Notes under the pieces: generated by a model | The model's database searches: none | What the model was told of the DNA's origin: nothing | The model's input: the letters and a program-made list of their open reading frames with translations, nothing else | Made by a program: the position numbers and the translations under genes | Assembly: GCA_963827635.1 (NCBI GenBank) | Contig: CAWHBV010000009.1 | Coordinates: 281,802 to 345,801 of the forward strand | DNA length: 64,000 nt | Source: an uncultured bacterium | Lineage (GTDB): Bacteria > Acidobacteriota > Aminicenantia > Aminicenantales > Saccharicenantaceae | Reading direction: 5' to 3' | Part shown: one piece after another, positions 37,571 to 50,322 of the stretch | How positions within the stretch are numbered: position 1 is the first letter of the stretch | How the letters are laid out: each line of letters opens with the position of its first letter

Positions 37571-38830
37571 ATGAAGATCGAGATCATCGCCGTCGGATCG
37601 GAGCTCCTGACCCCGGACTTCCAGGACACGAATTCCCTGTATCTGACGGCCGGCCTGAACGCCGCCGGCCTCGACGTCGCCTTCAAGACGATCGTCGGCG
37701 ACGACGCCGGCGACCTGGCCCGGGCCCTGCGGACGGCCCTCGGCCGGGCCGGCCTCGTCCTCTGCATGGGCGGCCTCGGCCCGACCGAGGACGACCGGAC
37801 CCGCGAGACGCTGGCCGGGCTCCTCGGCCGGAAGCTCGTCTTCGATCCGGCCATCCGCCGCGAGATCCGGGAGCGTTTCCGCCGCCACGGCTGGCCCATG
37901 ACGGCCTCGAACCTCAAGCAGTGTTACGTCATCGAAGGCGCCGAGGTCCTGCCCAATCCCAACGGCACGGCCCCCGGACTGTGGCTCGACGACGGGCGCC
38001 GCCGCGTCGCCCTCTTGCCCGGCCCGCCCCGTGAGATCCGGCCGATGTTCGAGGACCATGTCCGCCCGCGCCTGGCCGGCCTCGGCCGCGGTCTGATGTC
38101 CCGCCGCGTCATCCGCCTCACGGGATCTGGGCGAATCGGCCATGGAGACCCGGCTCAAAGCCTTTTACGCGCTCGTCCCGCCCGAGGTCACGGTGACCAC
38201 CCTCGCTTCGCCCGGCGACCTGTCGATCCGGTTGACCTATAAGGGGCCGGGACCGGCGGATGCGGCGGCCGCGGTCCTCGACCGCCTGGAACGGACGCTC
38301 GTTCGGCGGGTCGGACCGTGGATCTATTCGCGCGACGGCGCGGACCTGGCCGATGTCGTGGGGGCGGCCCTCGAGTCCCGCGGCCTGACCGTGGCCTGCG
38401 CCGAGTCCTGCACCGGCGGGCTCCTCGGCCACCGGCTGACCGGCCGTCCCGGGAGCTCCGCCTATTTTCTGGAGTCGGCGGTCGTCTACGCCAACGAAGC
38501 CAAGGTCCGGCGGCTGGCCGTCCCGGCGAGGCTCATCGCGCGGCATGGCGCCGTCAGCGCCCCGGTGGCCCGGGCCATGGCCCGGGGCATCCGCGCCTCT
38601 TCCGGCGCCGACTTCGGCTTGGCGGTGACCGGTATCGCGGGTCCGGGCGGCGGCACCCCGGCCAAGCCGGTCGGCCTCGTCTATCATCGCGCTGGCCCGC
38701 CGGGGCCGGGATCGAGGTCGAACGGCGGATCTTTTCCGGCGGCCGGGACTACGTCAAGTTCCAATCTTCGCAGAAGGCCCTGGACATGCTGAGAAAATCC
38801 CTTATCAAGCTTCCCGCAAAGGTCCTATAA
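37571..38830 (+). CDS. cinA: CinA-family protein (MoCF-type domain plus nicotinamide-nucleotide amidase PncC domain; at least two frameshifts)
   Basis: Blocks IIAVGSELL, GGLGPTEDD, ACAESCTGGLL, TGIAGPGGG. Frame switches near 38125 and 38685-38705. Confidence 0.8.
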
Positions 38831-38848
38831 TAGGTTGCGGAAGAGGTC

Positions 38849-39404
38849 ATGAGGGCTTTCATCGCCGTCGAGCTCGATCCGGAGATCAAGAGGACCTTGC
38901 AGGCGTTCGTCACGGTCCTGAGATCCACCCGCGGCGACGTCCGCTGGGTCCGGCCCGACGGGCTGCATCTCACCTTGAAGTTCCTCGGCGAGATCGACGA
39001 AGCCGGGGCTCTCCGCGTGGGAGACGGTCCTGGCCGATCTGGCCGGACGGCACGGCCCGTTCCCCCTCGGCTTCCGGGGCACGGGGGTTTTTCCCGGCGA
39101 GAGGGACCCGCGCGTCCTCTGGGTCGGCGCCTTCGCCGGTCCCGGGCTGGCCGTCTTCCAAGACGAGCTCGACAGGGTCCTCGAGACCGAAGGCTTCGAA
39201 CGCGAACAGCGGGAATTCAAGCCCCACCTGACGCTGGGCCGGGTCAAGGGCCCCGGACGGATCCGCGAAGTCATGGCCGAGCTCGACAAGCGCCGCGGGG
39301 AGACGTTCGGGGAGATGACCGCGCGCAAGGTCGCACTCTTCGAGAGCCGCCTCCGTCCGGAGGGCCCGGAATACAGGATCGTTCGAGAAGCGGAGTTCGC
39401 ATGA
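38849..39404 (+). CDS. thpR: RNA 2',3'-cyclic phosphodiesterase (2H family, ThpR/LigT; one apparent frameshift)
   Basis: Two HxT/S motifs (HLTLKF and HLTLGR) once one G is removed from the GGGG run at 39014-39017. ATGA overlap with plsY. Confidence 0.75.
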
Positions 39405-39991
39405 AGTACGTTTTCATCCTCGCTTCCTATCTTTTCGGGTCCATCCCGACGGGCTACCTGCTCGTCCGCTGGACGGGCCGCAAGGACGTCCGCGATTTCG
39501 GCAGCCGGAGCACCGGAGCGACCAACGTGCTGCGGGTCGGCGGCTGGAAGAGCGCCCTGCCCGTGGCGGTCTTCGATGTCCTCAAGGGCTTCCTGCCGGT
39601 CTTCCTGGCGCTCCGGCTGTTCGACGAGCCCCGCCTGGCCGCCGTCTGCGGCTTCGCGGCCGTCGTCGGCCATTGCTATCCCTTCGCGATCGGCTTCCGG
39701 GGCGGAAAGGGCGTGGCCACCGCGGCCGGCGCCTTCCTGGCGATCGCCTGGCTGCCCTGCCTGGCCTGCCTCGGGCTCTTCCTGGTCGTCGTCGGGACGA
39801 CCCGCATCGTTTCGCTCGGCTCGATCCTGGCCGCCCTGTCCTTCCCGGCGGTGTTCCTGGCCGCGGGCGGACGCGGGGACGTCGCGGCCGTCGCCTTCGC
39901 GATCGCGGTCCTGATCGTCTTCCGGCACAGGGCCAACATCGGCCGGCTGGTCAAAGGCACCGAGAGGAAGCTCGGGGAGAAGGCGACATGA
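39401..39991 (+). CDS. plsY: Glycerol-3-phosphate acyltransferase PlsY
   Basis: Blocks YLFGSIPTGYL, GSRSTGATNV, GHCYPF..GGKGVAT. Confidence 0.9.
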   Translation: MKYVFILASYLFGSIPTGYLLVRWTGRKDVRDFGSRSTGATNVLRVGGWKSALPVAVFDVLKGFLPVFLALRLFDEPRLAAVCGFAAVVGHCYPFAIGFRGGKGVATAAGAFLAIAWLPCLACLGLFLVVVGTTRIVSLGSILAALSFPAVFLAAGGRGDVAAVAFAIAVLIVFRHRANIGRLVKGTERKLGEKAT

Positions 39992-40984
39992 AGACGGCGG
40001 TCGTCGGCGGCGGGAGCTGGGGCTCGGCCTTCGCCCGGTACCTCGGATCGATCGGCCACCCGACCCGGCTCTGGATCAGGGAGCCGGACATCCTCCGGGA
40101 AGCCCTCAAGACCCGTGAGAACGCGGCCTTCCTGCCCGGTTTCAAGTTCCCGGACACCGTCGACTTCTCGGACGATCTCCGGGAGACGGCCTCCTTCGCC
40201 GAAGTCGTCTTCATCGCCGTCCCGTCCCAGTTCTGCCGGGCCGTCTACGGCCGCATCGCCCCTGTCCTGAACAGAGACCAGACCGTCGTCAGCCTGACCA
40301 AGGGGTTCGACAAGAGGACCCTGATGCGGATGAGCCAGGTCATGGAGGAGGTCTTTCAGCCGCACGTCCGGCCGAGGCTGGCCGTACTCTCGGGCCCGAG
40401 CTTCGCCCGGGAGGTCGCGGCGGGCAATCCCACGGCCCTCGTCGTCGCCTCCCGGGAACCGGCGGCCGCCCGCGAGGTCCAGCACACCGTCTCGAGCCCG
40501 AGCGTCCGGGCCTACACCTCGACCGACGTGACCGGGGTCGAGGTCGCCGGGGCCCTCAAGAACGTCATCGCCATCGCCGCCGGCATCGCCGACGCGATGA
40601 AGTTCGGCCTGAACACGAGAGCGGCGCTCATCACCCGCGGTCTGGTCGAGATCACCAACCTGGGGCTCGCCCTCGGCGCCCGCCGCGAGACCTTTTCCGG
40701 CCTGGCCGGCATGGGCGACCTGATCCTGACCTGCACCGGGGAGCTGAGCCGGAACCACCGCGTCGGGCAGGAGCTCGGCCGCGGCCGCAAGCTCAGGGAG
40801 ATCCTGGCGGGCATGAAGATGGTCGCCGAGGGCGTTCACACGACGGTCGCCGCGCGGCGGATAGCCCGCGCCCTCGGGCGTCGAGATGCCCATCTCCGAG
40901 GAGATCTACCAGGTCCTCTACCGCGGCAAGGAGCCCCGCAAGGCCGTGGTCGACCTGATGACCCGGACGCTCAAGGCCGAGTGA
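39988..40984 (+). CDS. gpsA: NAD(P)H-dependent glycerol-3-phosphate dehydrogenase (one apparent frameshift)
   Basis: Blocks [10 protein letters not shown] and [12 protein letters not shown]. The C-terminus [14 protein letters not shown] is recovered by removing one G near 40877. ATGA overlap with plsY. Confidence 0.85.
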
Positions 40985-41015
40985 TGCCGGGGATATCGCG
41001 ACAAGGAGAAGACGG

Positions 41016-43166
<2,151 letters not shown>

Positions 43167-43208
43167 CTATTGTTGACATTCGCCCGGTACCCAAGGTTCT
43201 GAACAGGC

Positions 43209-44546
43209 ATGAAGAAAGCGGCCTTCTCCCTCATCCTCCTGTCGCTCTTCGCCCTCGGGAACCTCCCGTCCTTCGGCCAGGGGTCCGCGCCGCCGTCGTC
43301 GCCCTTCACCCACCAGGAGTACCGGCTGCGCAACGGGCTGCGCGTCCTGCTCGCCGAGGATCACCGGCTTCCCCTCGTCACCGTGGCCGTGGCCTACGGC
43401 GCCGGGACCCTCCGCGAGAAGCCCGGCCAGGAAGGCCTGGCCTATCTCCTGGAAAACCTGATGTTCCAGGGCTCCGAGAACGTCGCGCCCCTGCAGCACG
43501 TCGGGTTCGTCCAGAAGGTCGGCGGGGAGCTCAACGCGACGACCGCCCACGACAAGGCCCTGTTCTACGAGACCCTCCCGTCGAATCAGCTGGCGCTGGC
43601 CCTGTGGCTCGAGTCGGACCGGATGAAGTCCCTGGCCATCACGCCGGCGGCCGTCGAGCGGACGCGGACCGAGCTCATCGAATCCCACCGCGGCCGGTTG
43701 GCCTCGGACCCCTTTTTCGCGAGCTTCGCCGAGTTCGACCAGCTCCTCTTCCCCGACGAGCTCTACGGCCGTCCCCTGATCGGAACGGGCCTCGACATGG
43801 TGAAGCTCACCGAGACCGATATCGCGGCCTTCCACCGGGCCTACTACGTCCCCAACAACGCGGTCCTCGCCATCGTCGGCAGCATCGACGCCGTCCGGAC
43901 GAGGGAGCTCGTCGCCCGGTACTTCGATTCCGTCTCCCCCGGCCCGGACGCGCCCATCCCGGCCCGGCCGGCCCTCGCGCGTCAGAGCGACGTCGTCGTG
44001 CGCACCCACGAGACGACCGCGGAAGGCGCCGGGTTCCACATGGGCTTCCGCTTCTATCCCATCCAGCCGGCGGAGATCTATCCGCTCCGGATCCTGCAGT
44101 ACCTGCTCGCCGAGGGCGAGACGTCGCGGCTGAGGAGCCGTCTTCTCAAGAAGGACATGACCGCGCGTTACCTCGGCGCCTCCGTGGACGTGCGGCTGAG
44201 CGTCGCCGCCCTGAAGCTCTTCTGCCTCAACACCAACGAGGTCATGGTCGAGCGCGCCCAAAAGGCCATTCTCTCGGAGATCGACAAGCTGCGGACGAAC
44301 ACCGTCTCGCTCGACGAGATCAACCGGGCCAAGCGCCGTTTCAAGGCCGACTATCTGGAGAAGCTGTCGACCAACCTGGGCAAGGCCCTCTTCCTCGTCG
44401 ATGCGGCCATCGCCGGGGACGGCCGCGGAGACCCGGGCGCCGAACTGGACAGGTACCTCGGCGTCGGGCCTCTCTCGGTCCAGTCGTTCGTCGGCAAGTA
44501 TTTCATCCCCCAGAACAGGGTCGTCCTGGAGCTCCGGCGCCGATGA
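43209..44546 (+). CDS. M16-family (pitrilysin/insulinase) peptidase-like protein, zinc motif degenerate
   Basis: Signal peptide MKKAAFSLILLSLFALG. The position of HxxEH reads YLLEN (43443-43457) within GLAYLLENLMFQGS, followed by GGELNATT. Confidence 0.8.
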   Translation: MKKAAFSLILLSLFALGNLPSFGQGSAPPSSPFTHQEYRLRNGLRVLLAEDHRLPLVTVAVAYGAGTLREKPGQEGLAYLLENLMFQGSENVAPLQHVGFVQKVGGELNATTAHDKALFYETLPSNQLALALWLESDRMKSLAITPAAVERTRTELIESHRGRLASDPFFASFAEFDQLLFPDELYGRPLIGTGLDMVKLTETDIAAFHRAYYVPNNAVLAIVGSIDAVRTRELVARYFDSVSPGPDAPIPARPALARQSDVVVRTHETTAEGAGFHMGFRFYPIQPAEIYPLRILQYLLAEGETSRLRSRLLKKDMTARYLGASVDVRLSVAALKLFCLNTNEVMVERAQKAILSEIDKLRTNTVSLDEINRAKRRFKADYLEKLSTNLGKALFLVDAAIAGDGRGDPGAELDRYLGVGPLSVQSFVGKYFIPQNRVVLELRRR

Positions 44547-46034
44547 GACGGCGGGAGCGCTCCGTCCTCGGTCGGGCCGGCGCGCTGGCCGGGATCGTGT
44601 CCGCCGCCCTTCTGCTGGGACTCACCGAGGCCGGGCCGGCCGCCGCCCAGGAGCGGTTCCGCCGGACCCCTCCCCTGCCGGATGCCCAACCTCTGGAGCT
44701 CAGGCTCCCCGCCGTCGAAAAGGCCGTCCTGCCCAACGGGCTGACGGTCGCCACCGCCGTCAGGGCCGACGCCGGCCTGGTCACGCTCCAGCTCGTCATC
44801 CGGGCCGGCGAGGCCGATTCGCCCGCCGACCGTCCCGGCGTGGCCGCCGTGACGGCCCGCATGATCGGCAAGGGGACCAGGATGCTGTCGGCCGATTACA
44901 TCGAGAACAGCATCGAATCGATCGGCGCCGAGCTCTCCCTGGCCGTTCTCATGGACTACACGGTCCTGACCATGACGGTACTCGAGGAGTACCTCGACCG
45001 GGCCATCTACCTCCTGAGGCTCATCGCCGTCGAGGCCGTGTTCACCGAGCGCGAGCTCGGGGCGGTCCGGCGGACGGCCTTCTGGGAGCTGTACGAGCGG
45101 AAGCAGGACCCGGAGATCCTCGGCTGGAGCCAGCTGCTGCGGCTTCTCTTCGCCGGCCATCCCTACGGCACGGGGACCTATTCCGAAGAGGTCATCAAGT
45201 TCATCACGGTCAAGGACGTCGCCGCCTTCTACGACCGCTTCTACCGGCCCGCCAACGCCGCGGTCCTCGTCTCGGGCCGGATCGACGCGGCCCTGGTCCG
45301 GCAGAAGATCGAGAGCCATTTCGGGGCCTGGACGGGACCCGCTCCCGACCGGCCCCTGGTCCCGGCGCCCGCCGCGAACGACGGCGGGCGCGTCTGCTTC
45401 GTCGAATCGCCGGACGAGACCGAGGCGACGATCTTCGCCGGGAACGTGGTCATGGATTCCTACGATCCGGATTTCTTCCCCTTCCTGGTCCTGAAGCAGA
45501 TCCTCGGCGGGACGACGCGGAGCCGCCTGTTCATGAACCTCCGGGAATCCAAGGGCATCGCCTACTACGCCTTCAGCGAGACCGAGTTCTTCCGCTCGTG
45601 CGGCGTCTATCTGGGCCCGGGCGCGGGTCCGGCCGGAATCCCTGGCCCCGGCGGTCCTCGAGATGGTCCGCGAGATCGGCGCCATGGCCGCGGAACCGCC
45701 GCCGCCCGCCGAGATCGAGGAGGCCAAATCGTTCCTCATCGGCAGCCTGCCCCTGCGCTTCGAGTCGAACGCGGGATTCGCCGAATGGATGGCCCGCTAC
45801 GTCGCCCTCTCCCTCGACGACGGCCAATGGGACAAGGGCCCGGAGAGGTTCAAGCTCGTCAACGCCGAGAGGGTCCGGGAGACGGCCCGGAAACACCTGG
45901 CGGCGAGACCGCTCGTCGTCATCGTCGGCCGGGCCGATTGGCTCGGCCTCTATCTCGACGGTTTCGAGTCCATCGAGGTCTACGACCGCAACGGCGCGCT
46001 CAAGTACACGGTGCGCAAAGGAGTCGGATCATGA
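44543..46034 (+). CDS. M16-family peptidase-like protein, non-catalytic type (one apparent frameshift)
   Basis: ATGA overlap with the first M16 gene. The HxxEH position reads AAVTARMIGKGT. Frame switch near 45615. Confidence 0.7.
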
Positions 46035-47713
46035 AGCTCGTCGAATGCGTCCCCAATTTCAGCGAGGGCCGGGATATGGAGAAGATCGGGGCCATCAGCC
46101 GCGAGATCGAGGCCGTCCCCGGCGTCAAGCTGCTCGACGTCGATCCCGGGGCCTCGACGAACCGGACGGTGGTGACCATGATCGGTCCCCCGGAGGCCGT
46201 CCGCGAGGCCGCGTTCCGGGCCATCGCCAAGGCCGCCGAGGTCATCGACATGCGCGGCCACAAGGGGGCCCACAGCCGCATCGGGGCCACCGACGTCTGT
46301 CCCTTCGTCCCGGTCTCCGGGGTCACCATGGAGGAGTGCGTCCGGCTGGCCGCCGAGCTCGGCGAGCGGGTCGCGGCGGAGCTCGCCATCCCGGTCTATC
46401 TCTACGAAGCGGCGGCCCGCAAGCCCGAGCGCCGCAACCTGGCCACGGTCCGGGCCGGGGAGTACGAGGGTCTGGCCGAGAAGCTCAAGGACCCGCGGTG
46501 GGCCCCCGATTTCGGCGAGGCCGTTTTCAACCCGAGGTCGGGGGCGACCGTCATCGGCGCCCGCGAGTTCCTCATCGCCTACAACATCAACCTCAACACG
46601 CGGGACCGCAAGCTGGCCCACGAGATCGCCCTGAGCCTCCGGGAGAGCGGCCGGGCCAAGCGGGACCGGGACGGCAACATCGTCAAGGACGCCCGCGGCA
46701 ACACGGTCAAGGTGCCGGGCCGGTTCAAGGAGGTCAAGTCCGTCGGCTGGTACGTCGAGGACTACGGCCTGGCCCAGATCTCGGTCAACTTCACGAACTA
46801 CAAGGTCACGCCCATCCATACCGTCTTCGACGAGGCCGTCCGCCTGGCGGCCAAGCTCGGCCTGCGGGTCACGGGCAGCGAGCTCGTCGGGCTCATCCCC
46901 AAGGAAGCCCTCCTCATGGCCGGCCGCCACTATCTCCGGAAACAGGGCAAGAGCCCCGGCGTGCCCGAGGCGGAGCTCATCCGGACCGCGGTCCGGTCCC
47001 TCGGCCTCGGCGACGTCGTCCCCTTCGAGCCCGAGAAGAAGATCATCGAATACCAGTTCCGCGAGGGCGGCGCCCCTCTCGCCGGCATGACCCTGCGCGG
47101 CTTCGCCGACGAGCTGTCGATGGATTCTCCCGCCCCCGGCGGCGGGAGCGTCGCGGCCCTCTGCGGCGCCCTGTCGGCGGCGCTGTCGTCCATGGTGGCC
47201 AATCTGACCGTCGGCAAGAAGGGCTACGAAGCGGTCGCGGCCGACATGATCGCGACGGCCGTGCGGGGGCAGGCCCTGAAGGACGCCCTCCTCGAAGCGG
47301 TCGACCGCGACACCCAGGCCTTCAACAAGGTCATGGACGCTTTCCGGCTGCCCAAGGCGACGCCCGAACAGGCGGCGGAGAAGGACAGGGCCCTCGAAGC
47401 GGCCAACAAGGAAGCGACGCTCGTCCCCCTCGGTGTCCTCGAGAAGGCCGTCGAGGCCGTCGCCCTGGCCGGGACCGCGGCGGCCAAGGGGAACACGAAC
47501 TCGGTCAGCGACGCCGGCGTCGCCGGGCTCGTCGGCCAGGCGGCGGGCGAAGGGGCTTACGACAACGTCCTCATCAACCTGGGGTCCATCAAGGATGCCG
47601 CGTTCACGGCCCGGGTCCGGAAACAGGCGACGGCTTTCAAGAAGGCGCTGGACAAGGAAGGGAAAGCCGTCCGGGAGGTCGTCGCCCGCGCCCTCGCGGC
47701 CCCCCGATCCTGA
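46031..47713 (+). CDS. Fused glutamate formimidoyltransferase / formimidoyl-THF cyclodeaminase (FTCD)
   Basis: 560 aa intact. N-terminal LVECVPNFSEGR transferase domain and C-terminal cyclodeaminase block DSPAPGGGSVAAL. ATGA overlap with the upstream M16 gene. Confidence 0.85.
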   Translation: MKLVECVPNFSEGRDMEKIGAISREIEAVPGVKLLDVDPGASTNRTVVTMIGPPEAVREAAFRAIAKAAEVIDMRGHKGAHSRIGATDVCPFVPVSGVTMEECVRLAAELGERVAAELAIPVYLYEAAARKPERRNLATVRAGEYEGLAEKLKDPRWAPDFGEAVFNPRSGATVIGAREFLIAYNINLNTRDRKLAHEIALSLRESGRAKRDRDGNIVKDARGNTVKVPGRFKEVKSVGWYVEDYGLAQISVNFTNYKVTPIHTVFDEAVRLAAKLGLRVTGSELVGLIPKEALLMAGRHYLRKQGKSPGVPEAELIRTAVRSLGLGDVVPFEPEKKIIEYQFREGGAPLAGMTLRGFADELSMDSPAPGGGSVAALCGALSAALSSMVANLTVGKKGYEAVAADMIATAVRGQALKDALLEAVDRDTQAFNKVMDAFRLPKATPEQAAEKDRALEAANKEATLVPLGVLEKAVEAVALAGTAAAKGNTNSVSDAGVAGLVGQAAGEGAYDNVLINLGSIKDAAFTARVRKQATAFKKALDKEGKAVREVVARALAAPRS

Positions 47714-47730
47714 GCTCGAGGCCGCCGGCC

Positions 47731-48553
47731 CTATTTCGCGGGCAGGCGGACGCCCCGCCCCTTCTTGACCGCGAAGGACGCCGCGAAGGCGAAGAAGCAG
47801 AGGACGACGATCGCCGCCGAAGCGGGAACGTTCAAGGCCAGCGACAGTCCCAAGCCCCCGACGACCGAAAAGACGGCGACGGCGGCCGAGGCGGCCACCG
47901 CCGTCCGGAAGCTCGAGGCGACCTGGAGTCCGGCGGCGGCCGGGATGACGATCAGGGCGGCGACGAGCAGGATCCCGGCGACCTTCATCCCCAGAACGAT
48001 GGTGACGGCGGTGAGGACCATGAGCAGGGTGTCCAGCCGGCCGACCCTGACCCCGGAGGCCCGGGCCGATTCCCTGTCGAAGGTCATGTACAGGAGCTTG
48101 CCGTAGTTCAGCCGGACGGCCGCGAGAACGGCCGCCGCCAGGACCACCGTGAGCCCGACCTCGAGCGGCTCGATGGCCAGGATGTCCCCGAACAGGTAGG
48201 CCATGAGCTCGACGTTGAAGTTCCGGGCCAGGGAGGCCAGCAGGATGCCGGCGGCCATGCCCAGGCTGCTGAAGATGCCGATGGCCGTGTCGCCGTGCAG
48301 GCCGGCCCGGTCCTTGAGCTTCATGACGGCGATGGCCGCCGCGACGGCGACCACGAGGGCCGCGGCGAGCGGCAGGACGCGGAGGAACAGGCCGAGCGCC
48401 ACTCCCGGCGAAGGCGATGTGCGACAGGCCGTGGCCGATCATGGCGTCCTTGCGCAGGACGAGGAAGACGCCGAGCACCGCGCAGGCGACGGCGATCAGG
48501 ACGCCGGACAGGACGGCCCGCTGGAGGAATCCGTAGGCGAACAGGGCTTGCAT
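47731..48553 (-). CDS. znuB: Zinc/manganese ABC transporter permease (one apparent frameshift)
   Basis: ABC-3 family hydrophobic profile. GLSHIAFAG joins VALGLFLRVLP after removing one base near 48403. Confidence 0.75.
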
Positions 48554-48560
48554 GGGCCGC

Positions 48561-49305
48561 TCAGTGCTCGTGCGCGACGAGGTGGTCGCCCCGGGTGACC
48601 ATGTCCCGGAACGCTTCCGACCGGCAGAACTCGGCGTGACTGCCGTGGTAGGAGAGTCTCTGGTTGAGGCAGGCGACGCTCGTCACGTGCTTGTTGACGA
48701 TGCCGATGTCGTGGGTGACGAGGACGATGGTCAGGCCTTCGTTCCGGTTCAGGCGGTCGAGCATCTCGTAGAAGGAGTCCTGGGTGCCGGCGTCGACGCC
48801 GGTCGTCGGCTCGTCCAGAAAGAGGATGCGGGGCGACGTGACGAGGGCCCGGGCGATGAACGCGCGCTGCTGCTGGCCGCCCGACAGACGGCCGATCGGC
48901 GTCCCGGCCGAGCCGCTCATGCCCACTGTCCTCGAGGGCCCTGAGGACCTTGGCCCGGCTCTCCCGGCCCGATGCGCCCCCCTGCCGCGGGCCGGCCATG
49001 AGGGCCATGCGGACGACCTCTTCGACCGAGGCCGGGAAGAACGGGTCGATGTGGGTCGCCTTCTGCGGGACGTAGCCGATCATGGTCCGGTCGGAGAACT
49101 CGGCCGGGGTTTTCCCGAACAGCCGGACCTCGCCCGAGGTCGGGGGGAGCAGGCCGAGGATGACCTTGACCAGGGTCGTCTTGCCGGACCCGTTCGGGCC
49201 GATGATGGCCAGGAAATCGCCCTCGCGGATGGTGAGGTCGATGTCGACGAGGACCGGGCTCCCGTCGTAGCGGAAGGAGACGGCGCGGAGGACGATCAGG
49301 TCCAT
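48561..49305 (-). CDS. znuC: Zinc/manganese ABC transporter ATPase (one apparent frameshift)
   Basis: Walker A GPNGSGKTT, signature LSGGQQQR, Walker B LFLDEP. Frame switch near 48927. Confidence 0.8.
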
Positions 49306-49309
49306 GGGC

Positions 49310-50230
49310 TCACCGGCACCCCAGCCCTTCCCGGAGTCGGGCGAGGTTCTCTTCCATCAGATCGAAGAAGCCGAGGCCGGCGGCCTGCTGGTCGCGGGTC
49401 AGATTGTGCCCGGCGTCGAGGAGGAGGACCCGGCCGCCGATCTCCCGGGCCAGCGTTTTCGACAGGTCGGGCGGAACGGAATTCTCGAAGAAGACCGTCC
49501 GGATGCCGTGCTTCCGGCAGTAGTCGACGGCGTCCATGAGGTCCTTGGGACGCGGTTGGGAATCCGGGCTGAGACCGTAGAGGGCTTTCTGGACGAGGCC
49601 GTAGCGCCGGGCCAGGTAGCCGAAGGCGCCGTGCCCCGCGAGGACGAGGCTTTTGCCCCGGCATCCGGCGAGACCTTCCCGGAAACGCGCGTCGAGGGCG
49701 GTCAGCCGCGATTTGAGCTTTCCGGCGTTGGCGGCGAAGAGAGGGCGTCCTTCCGGATCGATGCGGCCGAGCTCGGCGGCGATGCCGTCGACGATCCGGA
49801 GGTCGAGCTCGAAATCGAGCCAGACGTGGGGATCGAGGGGGCCGTGCGCGTGTCCCGCCTCGTCGTGGCCCGGCTCCTCACCGCTTTCGGCGAGGGCGAG
49901 GTCCGCAGCGGCCTCGAACGTCCGGAAGCGCCCCTCGGGAAAAGCCCGGAGCAGGCTCGGCAGCCAGGGCTCGAGGCCCGAGCCGATGAACAGGAGCAGG
50001 TCGCACTCGGCCAGCCGGGCGATGTCGCCGGGCCGCGGCTGCCAGGTGTGGACCCCGGCGCCGGTCGGGAGCAGCAGGGAGGCCTCTCCCCTCTCCCCTG
50101 CCACGGCGGCGGCGAATTCCCGGAGAGGGAAGACCGTGGCCACGATGCGGACCTTGGCCGGGGCGGGCGCGGCGGGGACGAGCGCGCCCGCCGCGACGGC
50201 CGCGAGAAGGATCCGCAAGAGGGCTCTCAT
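49310..50230 (-). CDS. znuA: Zinc ABC transporter substrate-binding protein
   Basis: Signal MRALLRILLAAVAAGAL. His/acidic loop ESGEEPGHDEAGHAHGPLDPHVW, typical of ZnuA. Confidence 0.8.
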   Translation of the reverse strand: MRALLRILLAAVAAGALVPAAPAPAKVRIVATVFPLREFAAAVAGERGEASLLLPTGAGVHTWQPRPGDIARLAECDLLLFIGSGLEPWLPSLLRAFPEGRFRTFEAAADLALAESGEEPGHDEAGHAHGPLDPHVWLDFELDLRIVDGIAAELGRIDPEGRPLFAANAGKLKSRLTALDARFREGLAGCRGKSLVLAGHGAFGYLARRYGLVQKALYGLSPDSQPRPKDLMDAVDYCRKHGIRTVFFENSVPPDLSKTLAREIGGRVLLLDAGHNLTRDQQAAGLGFFDLMEENLARLREGLGCR

Positions 50231-50237
50231 CCCCCGG

Positions 50238-50243
50238 ATTATA
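50238..50243 (-). promoter_or_regulatory. -10 element (TATAAT) for znuA, 7 nt from the ATG
   Basis: The minus strand reads GGGTATAATCCGGGGGATG. Confidence 0.4.
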
Positions 50244-50257
50244 CCCGCCGGGCCGGC

Positions 50258-50286
50258 TTGAATCCACCGCTTTTTTGTGGCATCAT
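50258..50286 (+). promoter_or_regulatory. Sigma70-like promoter for pepD
   Basis: TTGAAT-17 nt-CATCAT. The spacer is the short palindrome CCACCGCTTTTTTGTGG. Confidence 0.4.
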
Positions 50287-50322
50287 GGGCCTTCCGCATC
50301 TTCGTCTTTCAAGGAGTATCAC

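Noticed and set aside
44401-48639. 1412-aa plus-strand ORF, and the 1535-aa (43106-47713) and 1583-aa (52589-57340) giant ORFs.
   Set aside because: These are artefacts of stop-poor GC-rich frames. They run through several real genes (the second M16 gene plus FTCD, and hyuA plus frame-shifted neighbours). Only the segments with recognisable motifs are real coding sequence.
50264-50280. Palindrome CCACCGCTTTTTTGTGG as a Zur operator.
   Set aside because: The arms are only 4 bp and it does not resemble the AT-rich Zur boxes I know. I kept it only as a note within the znuA/pepD finding.
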